64,000 bases of DNA, from assembly GCA_050633245.1 (NCBI GenBank), contig JBOEGD010000009.1, positions 32,001-96,000 on the forward strand. Reading direction: 5' to 3'. The position numbers were made by a program, and so were the translations under genes. Under the pieces are notes generated by a model. The model worked only from the letters and a program-made list of their open reading frames with translations. It had not been told where the DNA came from and searched no databases. This document shows, in pieces, positions 39,066 to 49,602 of this stretch. The stretch is from Calditrichia bacterium. Its GTDB lineage: Bacteria > Calditrichota > Calditrichia > RBG-13-44-9 > J075. Position 1 is the first letter of the stretch. Every line of letters starts with the position of its first letter.

Positions 39066-40049
39066 CTAACCTTCTTTCCAGGAACCCATCGCATCGTATT
39101 TACTGATTCGGGTAGTAAGCAAATCTTCAACCGGGATCTTAACCAGGCGTTCAAGCTGCCGGCTGATCTGTCCCTTTAGAGACTTCGCTGCTGCATCATA
39201 ATCCCAATGCGCGCCACCTGCCGGTTCCGGAACAATCGAATCGATCAGTCCAAGCTTCAACAAATCCGGTGCGGTAAGCTTCATCGCATCTGCAGCGATT
39301 TCGGCTTTGGCGCTGTCTTTCCACAAGATCGTTGCACAGCCTTCCGGTGAGATAACAGAATACCAGCAGTTTTCCATCATCAACACCACATCGCCTACAC
39401 CAATTCCCAGAGCACCTCCTGAAGCACCTTCTCCGATAATCGTTACCACAATCGGAACCCGCAAGCGCGCCATTTCCAGAAGATTTCGTGCAATTGCTTC
39501 ACCCTGTCCACGCTCTTCAGCGCCGATACCGGGATCCGCCCCCATCGTATCGATAAACGTAACAACGGGAATATTAAACTTCTGAGCCAATTTCATCAGG
39601 CGTAGTGCCTTACGATAGCCTTCCGGTTTAGCCATTCCAAAGTTGCGCAGCACCTTTTCTTTGGTATCACGTCCTTTTTGATGGCCGATCAGCATAACTC
39701 GCTGACCGTTAATTTCTCCGATTCCGCCAACCATCGCCGGATCATCAGCAAACGAGCGATCGCCATGCAGTTCAACAAAATTATCGGCGATGCGCTCGAT
39801 ATAATCCTGCGTATAGGGGCGATCGGCATGTCGGGCAAGTCTTACACGCTGCCAGGGAGTCAGGTTAGAGTACGTATCTTTTCTAAGCGCGTCGGCTTTA
39901 CGGGTAAGACGCTTAATGTCATCACGAAGATCGACACCGCTTTCCTTCGCGGTCTCTTCCATCTCCACAATTTTCTTCTGAAGCTCTACAACAGGCTTCT
40001 CAAAGTCGAGTATTTCGCGAAACGTTGTTTTCAAGATATCCCTCATCAA
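39066..40049 (-). CDS. accA: Acetyl-CoA carboxylase carboxyltransferase alpha subunit
   Basis: [32 protein letters not shown] and [10 protein letters not shown] motifs. Confidence 0.96.
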   Translation of the reverse strand: MMRDILKTTFREILDFEKPVVELQKKIVEMEETAKESGVDLRDDIKRLTRKADALRKDTYSNLTPWQRVRLARHADRPYTQDYIERIADNFVELHGDRSFADDPAMVGGIGEINGQRVMLIGHQKGRDTKEKVLRNFGMAKPEGYRKALRLMKLAQKFNIPVVTFIDTMGADPGIGAEERGQGEAIARNLLEMARLRVPIVVTIIGEGASGGALGIGVGDVVLMMENCWYSVISPEGCATILWKDSAKAEIAADAMKLTAPDLLKLGLIDSIVPEPAGGAHWDYDAAAKSLKGQISRQLERLVKIPVEDLLTTRISKYDAMGSWKEG

Positions 40050-40131
40050 TGGTTATAGCCATGTTCTCCCTCCCGTGAGAACGGATAAATATAAAGGCTT
40101 AAGCTCGGAAATCAAATCGGAAGATTAATGA

Positions 40132-40863
40132 TCAATATTTTCCCATCAGGCTACGCAGCTTCAGCTTCCATACCATGAAGGCTGCTTCATAGACAATGCT
40201 GCGAGACATTTTCGAACTTCCGACTTCCCGATCGGTAAAGACTATAGATACTTCGCGAATTTTGAATTTGCGTTTCCACGCTTTGAAGTGCATTTCTATT
40301 TGAAAAGAGTAGCCGTTAGAGCGGATTTCTTCAAGAGGAATAGCTTCGAGAACTTCACGTCTAAAGCATTTGAACCCACTGGTGCAGTCCGTAAGCGGCA
40401 GTCCGGTAATAATGCGCGTATACTTACTGGCAAACATGCTTAGGATTAACCTTGAAAGCGGCCAGTTGATAACGTTCACACCTATCAAATAGCGCGAACC
40501 AATGACTAAGTCCACTTCCTGGATTTCCTTAAGAAAAACCGGCAAGATAATCGGGTCATGAGACAAATCGGCATCCATTTCCATAACATAGTCATAACCA
40601 TGTTCAATGGCGTAACGAAAACCGGCAATATAGGCGGTGCCAAGCCCTAACTTACCCTCGCGCTCGAGAAGGAACAATCGCTCGTTGGTCTTTTGCATAT
40701 CCTTGATGATATCGGCGGTGCCGTCGGGAGAGTTATCATCGACGATAAGAACATCAATTGTGGTATCGTAAGCGGAGGTATCCAGAGCAAATACCTGCTC
40801 CAGTAGTTTAGGGACATTTTCGCATTCATTATACGTTGGGGTAATTACCAGCGCTCTCTTCAT
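40132..40863 (-). CDS. Polyprenol monophosphomannose synthase (DPM1/Ppm1-like GT2)
   Basis: PTYNE, VDDNSPDGT, GKLGLGTAY, MDADLSHDP, GYSFQIE and GSSKMS motifs. Confidence 0.9.
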   Translation of the reverse strand: MKRALVITPTYNECENVPKLLEQVFALDTSAYDTTIDVLIVDDNSPDGTADIIKDMQKTNERLFLLEREGKLGLGTAYIAGFRYAIEHGYDYVMEMDADLSHDPIILPVFLKEIQEVDLVIGSRYLIGVNVINWPLSRLILSMFASKYTRIITGLPLTDCTSGFKCFRREVLEAIPLEEIRSNGYSFQIEMHFKAWKRKFKIREVSIVFTDREVGSSKMSRSIVYEAAFMVWKLKLRSLMGKY

Positions 40864-40877
40864 ATAGTTCCATATAG

Positions 40878-41768
40878 TTAGTGGGATAACTCTATTTTTA
40901 AAAACTCAAATGCTTCTCGTAACGTCCGGGGCGAATAATCCAGCTCTTTTTTTGCCAGCTCAATGCTCAAACCGCCCTTTAGAGGACGTGGAGATTTTTG
41001 CTGTAAATCCGACGTGAGGATCGGGCTAATCTGATCTGTTGGAAATCCGAAAACTTCGCCAACAACTTTAGCGAAATCGAAACGGTTTATATAATCCTCG
41101 CCGGAAAGATGATACACGCCATAAGCGGATTGTTCAACAAGTAATTTTATTCCCTCAGCAAGATCGTCTGCGAGCGTCGGATTGTTATACTGATCAGTCA
41201 CAATGCGAACCGGCTTACCTTCCTTTAGTTGATTATACACCCAGAGGAAAAAATTGTTTTTAACACCATTGCCAGTGCCATAAACAACATTTGTTCGAAT
41301 AATTGCATAGGGAATGCCCGCCATGCGAACGGTGTTCTCGGAGGCTAATTTGGCTTTTCCATAGTAGCCAAGTGGACTGGGGTGAGCATCTTCCGAATAA
41401 GGCCCGTTGTCGCCATCAAAAATGTAGTCTGTAGAAATATGTACCAGTTGTGCCATGCATTTTCGTGCGGCAACCGCCAGGTTCTCTACACCTTTTACAT
41501 TTACCCGCCAACAGGTCTCTCGCTCTGTTTCACAGCCATCGACATTGGTATATGCCGCCGCGTTAATAATAACGTCCGGAGATATCCGGGTAATCAATTC
41601 CTTGCAGGCAGACGAATCTGTAATGTCCAGCGGAATATAACGCGAATTCTTATCCGGAAAGCGGGGTTCCGAGCGATATCCGGTAGCGGTAACGCTATGT
41701 TTGCTAAATGTGCGAACCAGTTTTTGTCCAACTAAACCATTTGCACCGGTAATTAAGATATTTTTCAT
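40878..41768 (-). CDS. rfbD: dTDP-4-dehydrorhamnose reductase-like SDR
   Basis: ITGANGLVG, NAAAYTNVDGCE, ISTDYIFDG and YGKAK motifs. Confidence 0.85.
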   Translation of the reverse strand: MKNILITGANGLVGQKLVRTFSKHSVTATGYRSEPRFPDKNSRYIPLDITDSSACKELITRISPDVIINAAAYTNVDGCETERETCWRVNVKGVENLAVAARKCMAQLVHISTDYIFDGDNGPYSEDAHPSPLGYYGKAKLASENTVRMAGIPYAIIRTNVVYGTGNGVKNNFFLWVYNQLKEGKPVRIVTDQYNNPTLADDLAEGIKLLVEQSAYGVYHLSGEDYINRFDFAKVVGEVFGFPTDQISPILTSDLQQKSPRPLKGGLSIELAKKELDYSPRTLREAFEFLKIELSH

Positions 41769-41794
41769 GTTAGGTCTCCATTTGGATGAATCTT

Positions 41795-42748
41795 TTATAG
41801 AGTCGTCCAACCAGAGATAACCTTGTGTTTGTTTTCCGGAAGAGCAATAATTTTTTTCATCGTCTCGGGCAATTTATCCATCTCGTTGGTTCCTTGCAAC
41901 ATGGTATTCGCAGCGGCAACACAATTCGCAAAATCCACGGCGGCCTTAAGCGAAGCGTTCTTCATGAAATGTGCCGCAAAGCCAGCGCCAAAGGAATCCC
42001 CACAGCCCGTGGTATCAATGAGATCCGGAACTACATAAGCTGGCACCGCATGCTGTTGAATTTCCCCACCCTCCCGATACACCAACAGCGTATCTCCTGC
42101 ACCTTGCGTAACGAGTAAAATCTGGTTGCCACGCAGTTTGTCCTTATGCAACTCAATGGCACTGCTTTCAGGCCCGGCAATTTGGCTAAACTCATTTTCA
42201 TTCATCTGCAGCCAGGTTGGAGCAGCGAGCCATTTATCAATATTTGTCGGAAGTTCCGGGTAGCGCTTACCGATCTTATCTCGCCCCATCGACAGGTAAT
42301 GCACATCCATATATAATCGATCTCCGGCAACCTCTGAAAGGTATTCAAGTGCGGAGAGCTCCAAGTCCCACCCGCTGATGAAATTAACAATAATCAGATC
42401 AGCATCTGCTACCACCTCTACCTGTTCTTTGGTAAGAGGAGGAAACGGAAAGAGCGACTTCTCGTTGCGCTCTTCCAGTGTATGGTATTCGATTATGACA
42501 TTGTGATTGCGTTGATCGATGGGAATAATTCCTGCTGAAGAAACGTTTGGTCTATTTTGACAATAGGAGATCATCGCATCGTACAGGTCGAAGCCAACGT
42601 ATGAAACGGGGATAATTTCGTCCTCACTTTTGAGTATCGCAGACAGCACCGAGATATCGTACAGAATACCGCCGATACTTTCAATTGGCGAATGACGAAA
42701 GGGAAGGATGAAATCTTTGTTAATAGTACCGATTATGCCGATTTTCAT
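41795..42748 (-). CDS. PfkB family carbohydrate kinase
   Basis: MNENE and IDTTGCGDSFGAGF anion-hole motif. ATG overlaps the purE stop. Confidence 0.85.
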   Translation of the reverse strand: MKIGIIGTINKDFILPFRHSPIESIGGILYDISVLSAILKSEDEIIPVSYVGFDLYDAMISYCQNRPNVSSAGIIPIDQRNHNVIIEYHTLEERNEKSLFPFPPLTKEQVEVVADADLIIVNFISGWDLELSALEYLSEVAGDRLYMDVHYLSMGRDKIGKRYPELPTNIDKWLAAPTWLQMNENEFSQIAGPESSAIELHKDKLRGNQILLVTQGAGDTLLVYREGGEIQQHAVPAYVVPDLIDTTGCGDSFGAGFAAHFMKNASLKAAVDFANCVAAANTMLQGTNEMDKLPETMKKIIALPENKHKVISGWTTL

Positions 42749-43209
42749 TTGGGCAGCTTGCACTCGTTCTTTTTGAACTCGACAAGCTTTTGATGAATTG
42801 AGTCATCGGCCAGGCTAAGAATTTCGGCACACATTACGGCGGCGTTTCGCGCACCGGATTTTCCAATAGCCATAGTTGCAACTGGCACACCAGCGGGCAT
42901 TTGAACAATTGCGTAGAGTGCATCAAGTCCACGCATGTCACCGGCTGACAGCGGCACACCAATTACCGGCAGCGTTGTATATGCGGCGACAACACCAGGT
43001 AAATGAGCAGCCATTCCGGCACAGGCAACGATTACACCATAGCCGTCATCACGTGCACCGGTAACAAAATTGTGCACTTTTTCCGGCGTGCGGTGCGCAG
43101 ACATCACGTGCATTTCTGCAGGGATACCAAAAAACTTAAAATAATCCATCGAGCTGCTTACAACCTCGCGGTCCGATTCACTTCCCATCAATATTGCAAC
43201 TTTCTTCAC
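42745..43209 (-). CDS. purE: N5-CAIR mutase
   Basis: MGSESD, SAHRTP, AAHLPGVVA and IVQMPAGVPVAT motifs. GTG start follows GGAGG. Confidence 0.95.
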   Translation of the reverse strand: MKKVAILMGSESDREVVSSSMDYFKFFGIPAEMHVMSAHRTPEKVHNFVTGARDDGYGVIVACAGMAAHLPGVVAAYTTLPVIGVPLSAGDMRGLDALYAIVQMPAGVPVATMAIGKSGARNAAVMCAEILSLADDSIHQKLVEFKKNECKLPK

Positions 43210-43235
43210 AGCGGTAGTTCCTCCAGGAGTAGTAT

Positions 43236-44276
43236 CTATTCTGTTTCCCACTGGCTTTTTGGGATAAAGGTATTTGCCATAACATCCAGTTGATCTAAAT
43301 AATAACGTTTTCGCAAGCCAATTGCCTGCACATACGCATCAATAAAGTATACCATTTTGCTCTGCTTATCATTCACAACAATTGTACGGAACGGTCCACC
43401 TATAAAGTGGGTGGGATTCATCCAGGTGCCTATCAAGCGCTTCGAGTTCGGGTAGCTGAACTTGACATCTTCCAATGCGGTTTCCTCTTCAACGACAATA
43501 TCGCCTTCAAAAATCTTCGCACCCAGCTTATTGCGTTCCTTCACCACCCAGTCGAAGTCGATAGTGACTGAATCTTCATAGGGAATCCACGTCACTGCTA
43601 TTGAGCGGTCAGGATTTAATCGACGCAGCCAGACATAATTATCTTCTAACGACTCATCTACAAGACGATAATCTTTTTGCACAGTAATACTAAACGGAAA
43701 GTTCTTGCGGAGATAATCAACCATCTCAAAGTTACGGTTGTTGTCGAAGACTTCCTCATTCAAGCGCTTAAAATAGGATTTCTTAAAATCCGTATAGGCC
43801 AGCTTACCCAAATCGTGAATGCGCTGTATCATAGTTGCGTTGTCAGGGGCGATAAGAAACAGCACGTACTGATCATGTGCCCAGGTGTCTTCCTGCGGGA
43901 TATGGAAATAATCCCCGTTCTTTATACCCTTAACAATTGTTGGGTCGCCGGTTACAAGATCATTTACTTCGGTAGATACCGGTAGTCTGGAATCGAGACG
44001 AGATAAAAAGAAGACGTTCTTAAAACGCTTATATTTTTCGATATCTTCGTAGGGGTGCCATTTTAAGATATATTCACTTTCAGCAACCGGCATTCTAAAC
44101 TGTTTACTGAAGACACTTCGCAGTGCATCTTTCCACTCAGGCCAGTCTTCCGCGTCAGCAAAGACATGAATCTCATCAAGCTTGCCGTATGCAAACGACT
44201 TGTTTCTACTACATCCCGCTAATATCAGTAGCGCCAGAACAGTGCTTAGTGTAACAAGTACCGCACGATTTTTCAT
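43236..44276 (-). CDS. Lipoprotein, DUF4837-like
   Basis: Lipobox LAGC; D.WA..Q and GTW...GGPF...KRYY..QLD motifs. Confidence 0.7.
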   Translation of the reverse strand: MKNRAVLVTLSTVLALLILAGCSRNKSFAYGKLDEIHVFADAEDWPEWKDALRSVFSKQFRMPVAESEYILKWHPYEDIEKYKRFKNVFFLSRLDSRLPVSTEVNDLVTGDPTIVKGIKNGDYFHIPQEDTWAHDQYVLFLIAPDNATMIQRIHDLGKLAYTDFKKSYFKRLNEEVFDNNRNFEMVDYLRKNFPFSITVQKDYRLVDESLEDNYVWLRRLNPDRSIAVTWIPYEDSVTIDFDWVVKERNKLGAKIFEGDIVVEEETALEDVKFSYPNSKRLIGTWMNPTHFIGGPFRTIVVNDKQSKMVYFIDAYVQAIGLRKRYYLDQLDVMANTFIPKSQWETE

Positions 44277-44420
44277 TCAGTTACCCATTTTGCTTAGTCA
44301 ATTAAGGGAGGATTAAAAGACGCCTCCCATATCGCCCAAATATGCCTACTTTTGGGTATACGAGCAATAGTAAATATTTCTTCCGAGATAATTTTATTGG
44401 TATTTGCGAATGGAGCCGGA

Positions 44421-45392
44421 TTAGTTTACACCTGCCTGCTGCTTTTTTTCATTCTTGCGTTGAAAAAGCAGACAAATTCCACCCGCTACACCGGCACTAA
44501 GAGGAATAATAGTATTGAGAAAGGAGAGCGAAAGCGCTTCAGCCGAGGTAACGCCAACGCGGGTAAGCAGCGTTTCATATCCCAGATCCCGCACCCCCAG
44601 ACCGTTGATTGAGGGTAACAGCCCAATTGCAAAAGTAACTGGCACCACCAGCATTAGGTAAGAGAAGTCGACATCCAGCCCCAAAGAAAGAGCAAGAACA
44701 TAATTCATCCAAACCAACAGGAGTTGGCAAGCCAGAGAAAGTAAAAAGCCTGCAATTACGGTCTTAACAGAATTTCGATATGCATGAATAGATTCAAGCA
44801 GCTGCACAATTTTCCCACCGATCCCCATAATGCTAATGCGAGAGAACAGCTTACAGGCATGACTGTAAAAATAAGGGTGCAGAAGAGCAAGAAAGAACAT
44901 CAGTGCACCAATCAACATCATCAGCACAACCGTAGCTATCGCAAATCGCATAGAGCTGCTAAATCGGTTGAGCACCAAAAGCAGCGCAACTGCGGCCAGA
45001 CTTAGCGTCGCCAGCAGACCAAGAATACGCTCCATTAGTACAGAGGCAATACTATCAGATTTTTGGTCTGTGTGCAGTGCCAGATTATAGGCGCGACTAA
45101 CGTCTCCACCAATGGTTGTCGGAAGGAAATTGTTAAAGAAGTAGCCAATCAGATAGTAGCGCATCAGGCTACCATAGGGCACTGAGATACCGACACCTTT
45201 TAACAGCAGCTGCCAGCGCACAGTAAAGAGGAATACCGAAACGACAAAAATTGCCAGCGCAAGCGTCAGCCAGACTTCATCTGCCTGACGCAATGCGAGA
45301 ACAATCTTATCAACGTCTGCCAAATATACCAGGTATACCAGCAGACCGATGCTGACGCCGAAGCGCAGCAGGTTAAACGCAAGCTTTTTCAT
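44421..45392 (-). CDS. Lysylphosphatidylglycerol synthase TM / flippase-like protein
   Basis: RWQLLL, GYFFNNFLPTTIGGDVSR and LPSINGLGVRD motifs. Confidence 0.85.
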   Translation of the reverse strand: MKKLAFNLLRFGVSIGLLVYLVYLADVDKIVLALRQADEVWLTLALAIFVVSVFLFTVRWQLLLKGVGISVPYGSLMRYYLIGYFFNNFLPTTIGGDVSRAYNLALHTDQKSDSIASVLMERILGLLATLSLAAVALLLVLNRFSSSMRFAIATVVLMMLIGALMFFLALLHPYFYSHACKLFSRISIMGIGGKIVQLLESIHAYRNSVKTVIAGFLLSLACQLLLVWMNYVLALSLGLDVDFSYLMLVVPVTFAIGLLPSINGLGVRDLGYETLLTRVGVTSAEALSLSFLNTIIPLSAGVAGGICLLFQRKNEKKQQAGVN

Positions 45393-45404
45393 CCCTGACG
45401 AATC

Positions 45405-48194
45405 CTAACTTGCCTCCTGAAGCAACTTATTCAGGCGCTCCCGCTCTTGCGGAATGGTATTATTGTTAGGGCTTGTTTTCTCCCACTCATCCAGAAAGCG
45501 GAGGGCCTCAGAATACTTGCCGCCTTCGCGCAGGCTACGAACAAGTTGCTGCTTGCTCATATCCAGTCGGTTATTCAACAGACTCAGTCGCTCTGCAGGA
45601 GACGAATTGGTGAAATATTCCGGACGGCGAAACAAGCTACGCATATAGTCCTGAACAGCAGGAGATTCTTTGTCGATCTCAGCTGCATCTATAAAGATCT
45701 TAAATGCTTTTGCTGCAAAGTCAAAATTCTTATAGGTGTAGGCAATTTGGGCATACGACTCCAGATCGAACATGGATACGTTGTCGGCATTAAACTCCGA
45801 CATCGGATAGACATTAGCCATATAGCCAAGACCAACCATCACCTGACGGAACTGATCGCTGGTGTAAGGAATAACTTCCGGCGGCATTACTTCAAAACAC
45901 TTCTTCATTACTTCTTCGAAGCGCTCCATATTCCCACGCTCCATGTACTGCGCGCCGAGACGAAAGAATGCGGATCGATAGTTTTGCAGAAGTCCGATAA
46001 TGTTGTCATTATAGAATACATCCGGGTTGTCCAGATTGCGATATTGAAACTTATTCATCAAGTTTTCATAGATGATTTCCGGATCAACTTCCCAGTTTTT
46101 GATTGCGGTTACTTTAAACAACAGTCCTTCCATACGAAGATAATCGCGCAGGCCGTCGAGCTGATTTTGCGTAGATGTTGTCACTGCAAAATACAGAGGC
46201 TTTTTGAATTTATTCGCTGTCAGAATATTCAGTATCATCAGATCCTGCACACGCAGTAGTCCGACACGCTGACCATTTGCCTGCGGCACGTAGTGCTTCG
46301 GCTTTACTTCAAAGCTCATGGTGCGCGGCATTTCCAATGAATCAAGTCCCATCAGAATCTTATAGCGATCAGCTTCGGCACGCATTGAGGCATCAAGCGG
46401 CAGCGGCACATTAAAGCGCTGTGCTTCCGGCCAGAACTTCACCTGAATGTCTTGAATCTGCTTATCGGATAACGTCATTGGCACTTTAGGTTCCATGTCT
46501 TTCAACTGCTGGATATACCAGGGGGTATTTAGCAGACTTAAGTTCGCAACGCGAACGTCTGTGCGAATGTCTTCTACTTCCTGAAGATACCAGAGCGGAA
46601 ACGTATCATTATCGCCATTCGTGAGGATAATGCCGCCCTCATCTGCTGCTTGCAGCATGTTATAGGAGTAATCGTAAGCGACAAAGTTGCCACTGCGGTC
46701 GTGGGTGCGATAGTTTTTACTGCATACCATAGCCGGTACCAGAAGCAATAGCGCCGCGGTTACCCAGCCTACGGCGCTGTTGCCGCCATCATCATCATCC
46801 CCGCTAACCAGGTCTGAGGCAATCTCGAGTATTGCAGCGGCACCAATGCCAATCCATATTGAAAAGGCAAAGAACGACCCGACATAACTATAGTCACGTT
46901 CTCGTGGTTGTGGATCCGGTTGATTCAGGTATAGCACAATCGCCAAACCAGTCATAAAGAACAGCACAAAGACACCAAGAGCACGCTTCCAGTCTTTCAT
47001 ACCGTGATAGAACATACCAACAAGTCCCAGCAATAGTGGAAGGAAGTAGAACTTCATGGGCTCTGTCCGCATTCGGCCTATCAAGCCGGTGCCGTCTCCT
47101 TCGAAGGTTCCCAAAAAATTGCACTTGAAGTAGCGGATGTACATATCATTAATCTGATAGTTCCAGAAAAAGTCCGAGGAATTAGCGTATTTATTCCCGT
47201 TGGGAGACTCCTGAAGTCTTCGCGCGCGATCGAAGTGGTGATCGCCATACTGCTCGCGATTCATATAGCTGATGAATTTTTCGATCGTCTCAGGATTGTT
47301 CTCATCGATATTGGGATTCAATCCGGAGCGCACGTAAATCATTAGGTAGGAGGAATAGCCCATTGTAATAAGAATTGATCCCAACAAGACCAATGAAAGA
47401 ATCGACTTCTTACTTTTGATGGTTTGATTAAGTGCAAAAATCGTTATCAGGATTAAGGCCATCATCCCGCCAAAGCCAAACACGCCGATAATCTGCGGGA
47501 TGCCTTTAACAATACCTGGGTAGAAAAACAGCGTTAACCCCACGCCAATGACGGACATAATAATGAAGTTTGTCAAATTGACGTCATATTTTTTATAGTA
47601 AATAAACATAACGACAGTAGGCAATACCAGAGCATTTAGAATATGTACGCCCATAGCCAGTCCCATTAAATAGGTAGCTAAAATAAGATAGCGTTCATTT
47701 CCGGGTTCATTATGACGTTCGGTCCAATACAGAGCAAGCCATACGATACAGCTGGAAAAGAACATGGACTGTGCATAAACTTCTGCTTCTACGGCGTTAA
47801 ACCAGAAGCTTTCGGTAAAAGCAAAGGTAAGCGCTCCAACCATTGCAGCGATAGCCGGGATATAAGACCGAAAGTTTTTCAGGCGATCCATATATTCCCG
47901 TACCAAGCTGGCTATAATCAAGTGTAGGAACATAATTGTAAGGGCACTTGAGATTACGGAGAACATGTTGATCCGCCATGCAATGTTTCCAATTGGAATC
48001 ATTGAAAAAAAGCGGCCCATCAGCAAATAAAACGGCGCACCCGGTGGGTGTGGTATAGACATGCGATAGGAACAAGCGATAAATTCTCCACAATCCCAGA
48101 ACGAGACGGCTGGCGCGACCGTCATGAAATACACGACGAACGAGATCAAGAAGGAAAGCGCCGCGGCAAGGCGGTTAAACATCCTGGTATCCAT
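45405..48194 (-). CDS. DUF2723 family membrane protein (TMEM260-like GT-C)
   Basis: SFWDCGEFIA, PHPPGAP, FWFNAVEAEVY, RERDYSY, GDNDTFPLWYLQEVE and SLLNTPWY motifs. Confidence 0.9.
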   Translation of the reverse strand: MDTRMFNRLAAALSFLISFVVYFMTVAPAVSFWDCGEFIACSYRMSIPHPPGAPFYLLMGRFFSMIPIGNIAWRINMFSVISSALTIMFLHLIIASLVREYMDRLKNFRSYIPAIAAMVGALTFAFTESFWFNAVEAEVYAQSMFFSSCIVWLALYWTERHNEPGNERYLILATYLMGLAMGVHILNALVLPTVVMFIYYKKYDVNLTNFIIMSVIGVGLTLFFYPGIVKGIPQIIGVFGFGGMMALILITIFALNQTIKSKKSILSLVLLGSILITMGYSSYLMIYVRSGLNPNIDENNPETIEKFISYMNREQYGDHHFDRARRLQESPNGNKYANSSDFFWNYQINDMYIRYFKCNFLGTFEGDGTGLIGRMRTEPMKFYFLPLLLGLVGMFYHGMKDWKRALGVFVLFFMTGLAIVLYLNQPDPQPRERDYSYVGSFFAFSIWIGIGAAAILEIASDLVSGDDDDGGNSAVGWVTAALLLLVPAMVCSKNYRTHDRSGNFVAYDYSYNMLQAADEGGIILTNGDNDTFPLWYLQEVEDIRTDVRVANLSLLNTPWYIQQLKDMEPKVPMTLSDKQIQDIQVKFWPEAQRFNVPLPLDASMRAEADRYKILMGLDSLEMPRTMSFEVKPKHYVPQANGQRVGLLRVQDLMILNILTANKFKKPLYFAVTTSTQNQLDGLRDYLRMEGLLFKVTAIKNWEVDPEIIYENLMNKFQYRNLDNPDVFYNDNIIGLLQNYRSAFFRLGAQYMERGNMERFEEVMKKCFEVMPPEVIPYTSDQFRQVMVGLGYMANVYPMSEFNADNVSMFDLESYAQIAYTYKNFDFAAKAFKIFIDAAEIDKESPAVQDYMRSLFRRPEYFTNSSPAERLSLLNNRLDMSKQQLVRSLREGGKYSEALRFLDEWEKTSPNNNTIPQERERLNKLLQEAS

Positions 48195-48307
48195 TTATTC
48201 AAGCACTCCTCATTAAAATGACATTTATAATCTATATATTCTGTATCTGTATCAACATTTATTGCATCGGCAATCGTGACTAAATCACCGTTTTCCTGAC
48301 TCCTGCC

Positions 48308-49366
48308 CTATAACAGCTTCCGGTGAAACATCAGATCACTGAACTTCTGCTTCTTCAACAGAAAATATTCAAATACAATACTTCCCGGATACATGCGTTC
48401 GAGAACAATCTTGTCTTTCACTCGCCTTCGCGATTGCGCCTTGCGACGTTTACGCGCAATCAGCAACGGGTGCGTTAGTAACCATCCATATGCGCGCAAA
48501 ACTGCCCCGGCGTTCGCAAAATGTCCTTTAAGCAGTTCAACCGTTAGCGCAAGAAGGTCGAGCGGAATACGAAAGATCATCCTCAGCAGCAAATTGGGTA
48601 GCGACAAATTTTTTGCCAGCAAGAAAATATTATTGCGGAAATTCCAGTAGGTTTTTCGTGGACTATCCTGATCGAGAGTTCCACCCACATGGTGCCAGAT
48701 TCGTGATTGTGGCACACAGCGAATATTCCAACCTGCCAGCCTCATGCGCCAGCAAAGATCAATTTCTTCCTGGTGCAGCATAAAATCTTCATCGATCGTG
48801 CCGACCTGCTCCAGCGTATCGCGGCGAATAAAAAAGCAGGCCCCGCTTGCCCAAAAAATATCCAGCGGATCATCGTATTGGCCGTCGTCTTTTTCAATTG
48901 TAAAGAAAACGCGGCCACGTAAGAAGGGATAGCCCAACCAGTCGATAAAACCACCGCAGGCTCCGGCATATTCCAGATGATCGCGCTTTTGTTGTCCCAA
49001 AATCTTTGGCTGAACGGCACCCAGATTAAAATCCGCCTCAAAAGCAGCAACAATCGGCTCGATAAAACCAGGCTCAACATCAACATCATTATTCAATAAA
49101 CAGATGTATTTGCCGTCCGCAATTTTCAACCCTTCATTGTTGCCTCGGGCATACATATAATTATCCGGGTTTTCCAGCAGCTTCACTTCGGGATAATTTT
49201 CCCGCACAAATGCAACACTTTCGTCGGCTGAGCAATTATCCACCATGATAATTTCAAGATTGGGATAGGTGCATTGCCTGAGCGAATCGAACAGCTCCTT
49301 CAGAAAACGCAATCCATTATAATTCAGCGTTACCAGAGACACCTTGGGATACTGCTGTTCGTCCAT
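48308..49366 (-). CDS. Glycosyltransferase family 2
   Basis: LNYNG, VDNCSAD, LLNND, WASGAC and EEIDLCWR motifs. Confidence 0.9.
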   Translation of the reverse strand: MDEQQYPKVSLVTLNYNGLRFLKELFDSLRQCTYPNLEIIMVDNCSADESVAFVRENYPEVKLLENPDNYMYARGNNEGLKIADGKYICLLNNDVDVEPGFIEPIVAAFEADFNLGAVQPKILGQQKRDHLEYAGACGGFIDWLGYPFLRGRVFFTIEKDDGQYDDPLDIFWASGACFFIRRDTLEQVGTIDEDFMLHQEEIDLCWRMRLAGWNIRCVPQSRIWHHVGGTLDQDSPRKTYWNFRNNIFLLAKNLSLPNLLLRMIFRIPLDLLALTVELLKGHFANAGAVLRAYGWLLTHPLLIARKRRKAQSRRRVKDKIVLERMYPGSIVFEYFLLKKQKFSDLMFHRKLL

Positions 49367-49602
49367 AATCGTTCCATTTATGCATCAGCAAAAGACAGCA
49401 ACCAGTTTAAGCAAAACGCCCTGATTTCGCAAGAGATAAAATCGGCTGGTTGCCTATTCACTGCCTCATGATACACCTGACCAGTGTATTGGTTTTAGGG
49501 AAAACCTGTTTGGATCTTTACACGAGGTTGCGGAAAAAAGAATCGTTTGACAAACTCCATCATCAAAGTCGATATTGGCGCAATACTTCTGGCGGATCTC
49601 TT

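Noticed and set aside
45447-46259. 270-aa antisense ORF inside DUF2723, and the many other short antisense or overlapping ORFs in the track
   Set aside because: These are shadow frames of well-supported genes with no motifs or SD.
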